A stretch of 58,769 bases of DNA from an uncultured Clostridia bacterium (GTDB lineage: Bacteria; Bacillota; Clostridia; Christensenellales; UBA1242): assembly GCA_947168085.1 (NCBI GenBank), contig CAMVKM010000001.1:1-58769 (forward strand), in the 5' to 3' direction. A program made the translations under genes and the position numbers. The notes below the pieces were generated by a model, which ran no database searches, had not been told where the DNA came from, and was given only the letters and a program-made list of their open reading frames with translations. Every line of letters begins with the position of its first letter. Position 1 is the first letter of the stretch. Positions 56,901-58,769 of this stretch are shown here, one piece after another.

Positions 56901-58769
56901 GTTAAAATTGGTGTGCTTTCATTAAATCCAAAGCAGTAGTTGTCTGTTGCTGTGAGAACAATGTCATAACTTCCTGCATTTGTTTCTGAAGCTTCTGCAA
57001 TTGTGTATTGTCCTGGTGTGTAGTCCCAAGTTGGTGATTGTGCTTGACCTGTGTAAGTTAATGTTTCGCTTTGAACAGGGTCAGCATTTGTAACAACTTT
57101 TCTTGTGATTGTAAGAGTTAATGTAACGCTTTGAGCGTCGCCACTAAACTCATAGTTTGCCTTTGGTGTTAATGTGATTGTGTAAACGCCTGCATTTGTT
57201 GCACTCCATGTTCCACCATTAAATGATGAACCAGTTGTTGGTGTGCCTGCGTTCATTTTGTCACCATCAAAGTTTTTGATTGTGATTGCTTGACCAATTT
57301 CGTCAAATTCAACAGAAAGTGTTGTTTCGTCGTTTGTAAAGCTTGGTGCTGTGATTGCAACTTTTGCAACAGTAAATGGCAAGAAGTCACTTGTAACAGC
57401 GTTGTAGTTTGTGCTTTGAGCAATTGTGATTTTTGCATAGTATGCTCCTGCATTCACAATTTCTTCAAGCGCTAAAGGTGTGCCTTCGTTTGTATCATAG
57501 AAAGCATAAGAAATTGCACCAGTTGTGCTGATTGCTCCAACAAAGGTTGAATTTTCAAGTCCGCTAATTAAGTTTTCACCAGTGTAGGTTGCGGCTGCTG
57601 CGCTTGGTGTAAATTCATGAATTTCGTTGTTCAAACGAGTGATTTGCCACTCAATTGATTTTTGTGTTGTTGTGTGGTCTGTCCACTCATAGTTTGCTTT
57701 GTCAATCAAATCAATGTAAACTGTGTAGTTTCCAGCGTTTGTTTGTTCTTGATAATTTGTTACATCAACAATTGTTGAATCATAAGTTGAAAGTGTGATG
57801 TTTTGTGGGTTTCCGTTGTAAGGGAAACTTGTTTGACTTGTTGCTGTAACCAAAGCAACTTGTGCTTTTGAAATTGTAAAGCCAAGTTCTGTTTCAAGAG
57901 CGTTGTAGCTTTCTGTTCCTGCAATAGAAACAACAACAACATAGTTTTCCACATTTACAGGTGCTTGAGCTAAAGGATCACCAATTTTTGTGTAGGTTTG
58001 TGTTTGAACATCATACATTGCATTATAATACGTGTATGTGCGCGCGTCTCCACCAAACACTGCAGTTCCTGCTGTTACTGTTACTGCCGTGCCATCATAG
58101 ATTTTTGATGTTGCTGTTGGCTCAGTTGTCCAACTGTTGTTTGCTTTAACAATTTGGAAAAGAATTTCTTCTTCAAGTCCATCATAATCAGCTGTTTCTG
58201 CAACTGTAAACACTGCTTTGTAGTGTCCAACTGCTGTTGGTAAATCACTTAACAATGTTTCGTAGCTCCAAGTTTGTGATTGCTCGTTGTAAGTTCCTTC
58301 ATAAAGTGAAACTGTTGGCTCACCCTCAGCAGCATAAAGTGCTTCTCCACGAACAAGACCGTAAGCCTCTTCTGTTGCTTGTGTTCCGTAAACAATTTCT
58401 GCATTAATGCTTGGCTGTGTTCTCCACTCATTGTCTTGAGTTGTTTTTTCAATTTGCATTTCAAATGAAATTGAAACAGTTGATGGCTCTTCACCTTCTT
58501 GATGTGCCCAAACATAGTTTGTGATTCCTGTTGGGTTGTTAAGTTTGATTTCAACTTTGTAGAATGCTGCTTTTTTTGCAGACAAAACAAGTTTTGATGC
58601 AGCATTATTTGCTGGAACAACAGTTCCTGTCATGTCTTGTGTTGGTGCATATTCAGCATCTTGTGTTGCTTTTGCAAAAACTGCGTAGGTTAATGCTTCT
58701 TCATCAAAGCCCAAAACATCAAATGTTTTTTCTTTGCCATCATATGGTTTTACTGCTGTTGTTTCATCA
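53996..58769 (-). CDS. 3' part (at least 1,590 aa) of a second large repetitive surface protein: MBG/YDG-like Ig repeats, right-handed beta-helix, C-terminal GLUG module; the 5' end is outside the window
   Basis: The frame stays open from 58714 to the window edge (...DETTAVKPYDGKEKTFDVLGFDEE...). Repeat units have N-x-W-T..P......YDGT and YTG...P signatures. Beta-helix turns are encoded at ~54755-55450. The GLUG module (GVGLFGQV, VGALAGFV, AGALIGYI) is encoded at ~53999-54730. There is no TM or LPxTG at the C-terminus. Confidence 0.9.
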   Translation of the reverse strand, partial: DETTAVKPYDGKEKTFDVLGFDEEALTYAVFAKATQDAEYAPTQDMTGTVVPANNAASKLVLSAKKAAFYKVEIKLNNPTGITNYVWAHQEGEEPSTVSISFEMQIEKTTQDNEWRTQPSINAEIVYGTQATEEAYGLVRGEALYAAEGEPTVSLYEGTYNEQSQTWSYETLLSDLPTAVGHYKAVFTVAETADYDGLEEEILFQIVKANNSWTTEPTATSKIYDGTAVTVTAGTAVFGGDARTYTYYNAMYDVQTQTYTKIGDPLAQAPVNVENYVVVVSIAGTESYNALETELGFTISKAQVALVTATSQTSFPYNGNPQNITLSTYDSTIVDVTNYQEQTNAGNYTVYIDLIDKANYEWTDHTTTQKSIEWQITRLNNEIHEFTPSAAAATYTGENLISGLENSTFVGAISTTGAISYAFYDTNEGTPLALEEIVNAGAYYAKITIAQSTNYNAVTSDFLPFTVAKVAITAPSFTNDETTLSVEFDEIGQAITIKNFDGDKMNAGTPTTGSSFNGGTWSATNAGVYTITLTPKANYEFSGDAQSVTLTLTITRKVVTNADPVQSETLTYTGQAQSPTWDYTPGQYTIAEASETNAGSYDIVLTATDNYCFGFNESTPILTKTIEDAWTIAVAKVAVPVQNKALTYDGTQQTPEWTGFDVNKMSTVAEGSILSSTDAGTFNMIFALIDTDNYAWDLETPVSTNQTAQWTIGKRTLTKPTISGETSFVYTGEEQGPEVNLYGQQPAWFSVTGDQQATTVGAYQLTYEIANTNNCEWAGESSVVFNWSITKATTNNIEISGTTNFAWQSNAVIQYLATVGNSEATIQIAEKYLGGDPQTSYTDVDALMNDPDVSEDVKQRFGWQTVSLAPQELANVWAFNLGNELMFANYWFKITIAETTNYVGAVTGGAFAILANVFDMAYSTGEQETNAVAMTLADDYEKVDSKDNYSFTVTTEETELPYAIGDLVKLTIYLPNGMEAVTSDVASFTDFSSQFEDFMYSTAARQDKIVVENQNLQLAVANGKASVYIKFPIPTEMTGGVQYYEYIDVTFVLDSALVTTEAELTAALADTSVDIVQLGADISITSGADGMDVSRSLTLDLNGHTFTSTCSEDALWIHGTENNSIDVVIANGTIDASIGNIFYIRYATVTLNGGHYIERTAGKTGIMVVEDATLVVNNAQIEAVETCIVPYTNSEVIINGGTFASTDNFVVGTSGGADYGGNTITINDGTFNGSITSTGYIACGVCVANNDTIIINGGTFNITDGIGILARSGNTTIGEDVVINATGTISGKIGKRTLNINAGDEIVWDLDADYPGGVPTITNNTQYEVVAYVNTAASLASAYDTATTMHINSLAGLEAIRDAVNGGTSFEGKVVKLDADINLNNQEWVPIGYGTCDNGNITQGITGPKFMGTFDGLNHTISNLKITNFTLGGEHEGASAGVGLFGQVVCGVIQNLNIDGAVVVGNHWVGALAGFVSHSTINNCSVINVDVSCVFANDDESGDKAGALIGYISGDYTNIYSASFVTNCSATDSTVNADRDAGQVIGCTWETVDTTGTTADASVVVTGNNTSSSAKSGQNINNTIVGRVAS

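Noticed and set aside
1-58769. CRISPR arrays, toxin-antitoxin pairs, restriction-modification genes, retron or DGR reverse transcriptases, or other defence systems.
   Set aside because: The non-coding DNA has no regularly spaced direct repeats, and no ORF has nuclease, methylase, reverse-transcriptase or Cas-like motifs. The only repeats are the diverged in-frame coding repeats of the two adhesin genes.

Overview
AT-rich (about one-third G+C by eye, not computed) chromosomal segment that looks like Bacillota/Clostridia. It uses the standard code: TGA terminates the 821-aa ORF and Trp is TGG. Nt 1-9,200 hold ordinary housekeeping and sporulation-associated genes: an nrdR-der-plsY operon, a YlmC/YmxH-type PRC-barrel protein, a SpoVB-like flippase with DUF421 and DUF4363, a LysM protein, and a DUF1858 protein with a YdjI-like zinc-ribbon protein. 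These are separated by clean bidirectional hairpin terminators and TGn-extended -10 promoters. Nt 9,254-38,683 are one uninterrupted 29,430-nt ORF (9,809 aa). It encodes a giant membrane-anchored, fibre-like surface protein with an N-terminal signal/anchor, a GLUG-type beta-helix head, roughly 90-100 Ig-like MBG/YGX-type repeats arranged as about 7 super-repeats of 3.1-4.2 kb, a unique stalk, and a C-terminal TM helix with a basic tail. A ~0.9-kb ORF-free leader precedes it. Nt 39,600-58,769 form an envelope-focused block. It contains an orphan ZnuA/TroA-type metal-binding lipoprotein with palindromic candidate operators, and a tRNA-Ser(GGA) whose CCA end abuts the ATG of a membrane metallophosphoesterase. 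It also has an operon for an ABC ATPase fused to a ~500-aa polytopic YwaF/TMEM164-like domain, a 579-aa permease and a small anchored protein, followed after an internal terminator/promoter by a 1,156-aa lipoprotein. The rest is a divergent M16 (HxxEH) peptidase, a 529-aa lipoprotein, and the 3' 4.8 kb of a second giant GLUG/Ig-repeat protein that runs off the right edge. I saw no CRISPR array, transposase, integrase, rRNA or recognisable defence gene. The most unusual content is the giant adhesin gene with its leader, and the uncharacterised ABC-fusion/lipoprotein operon.
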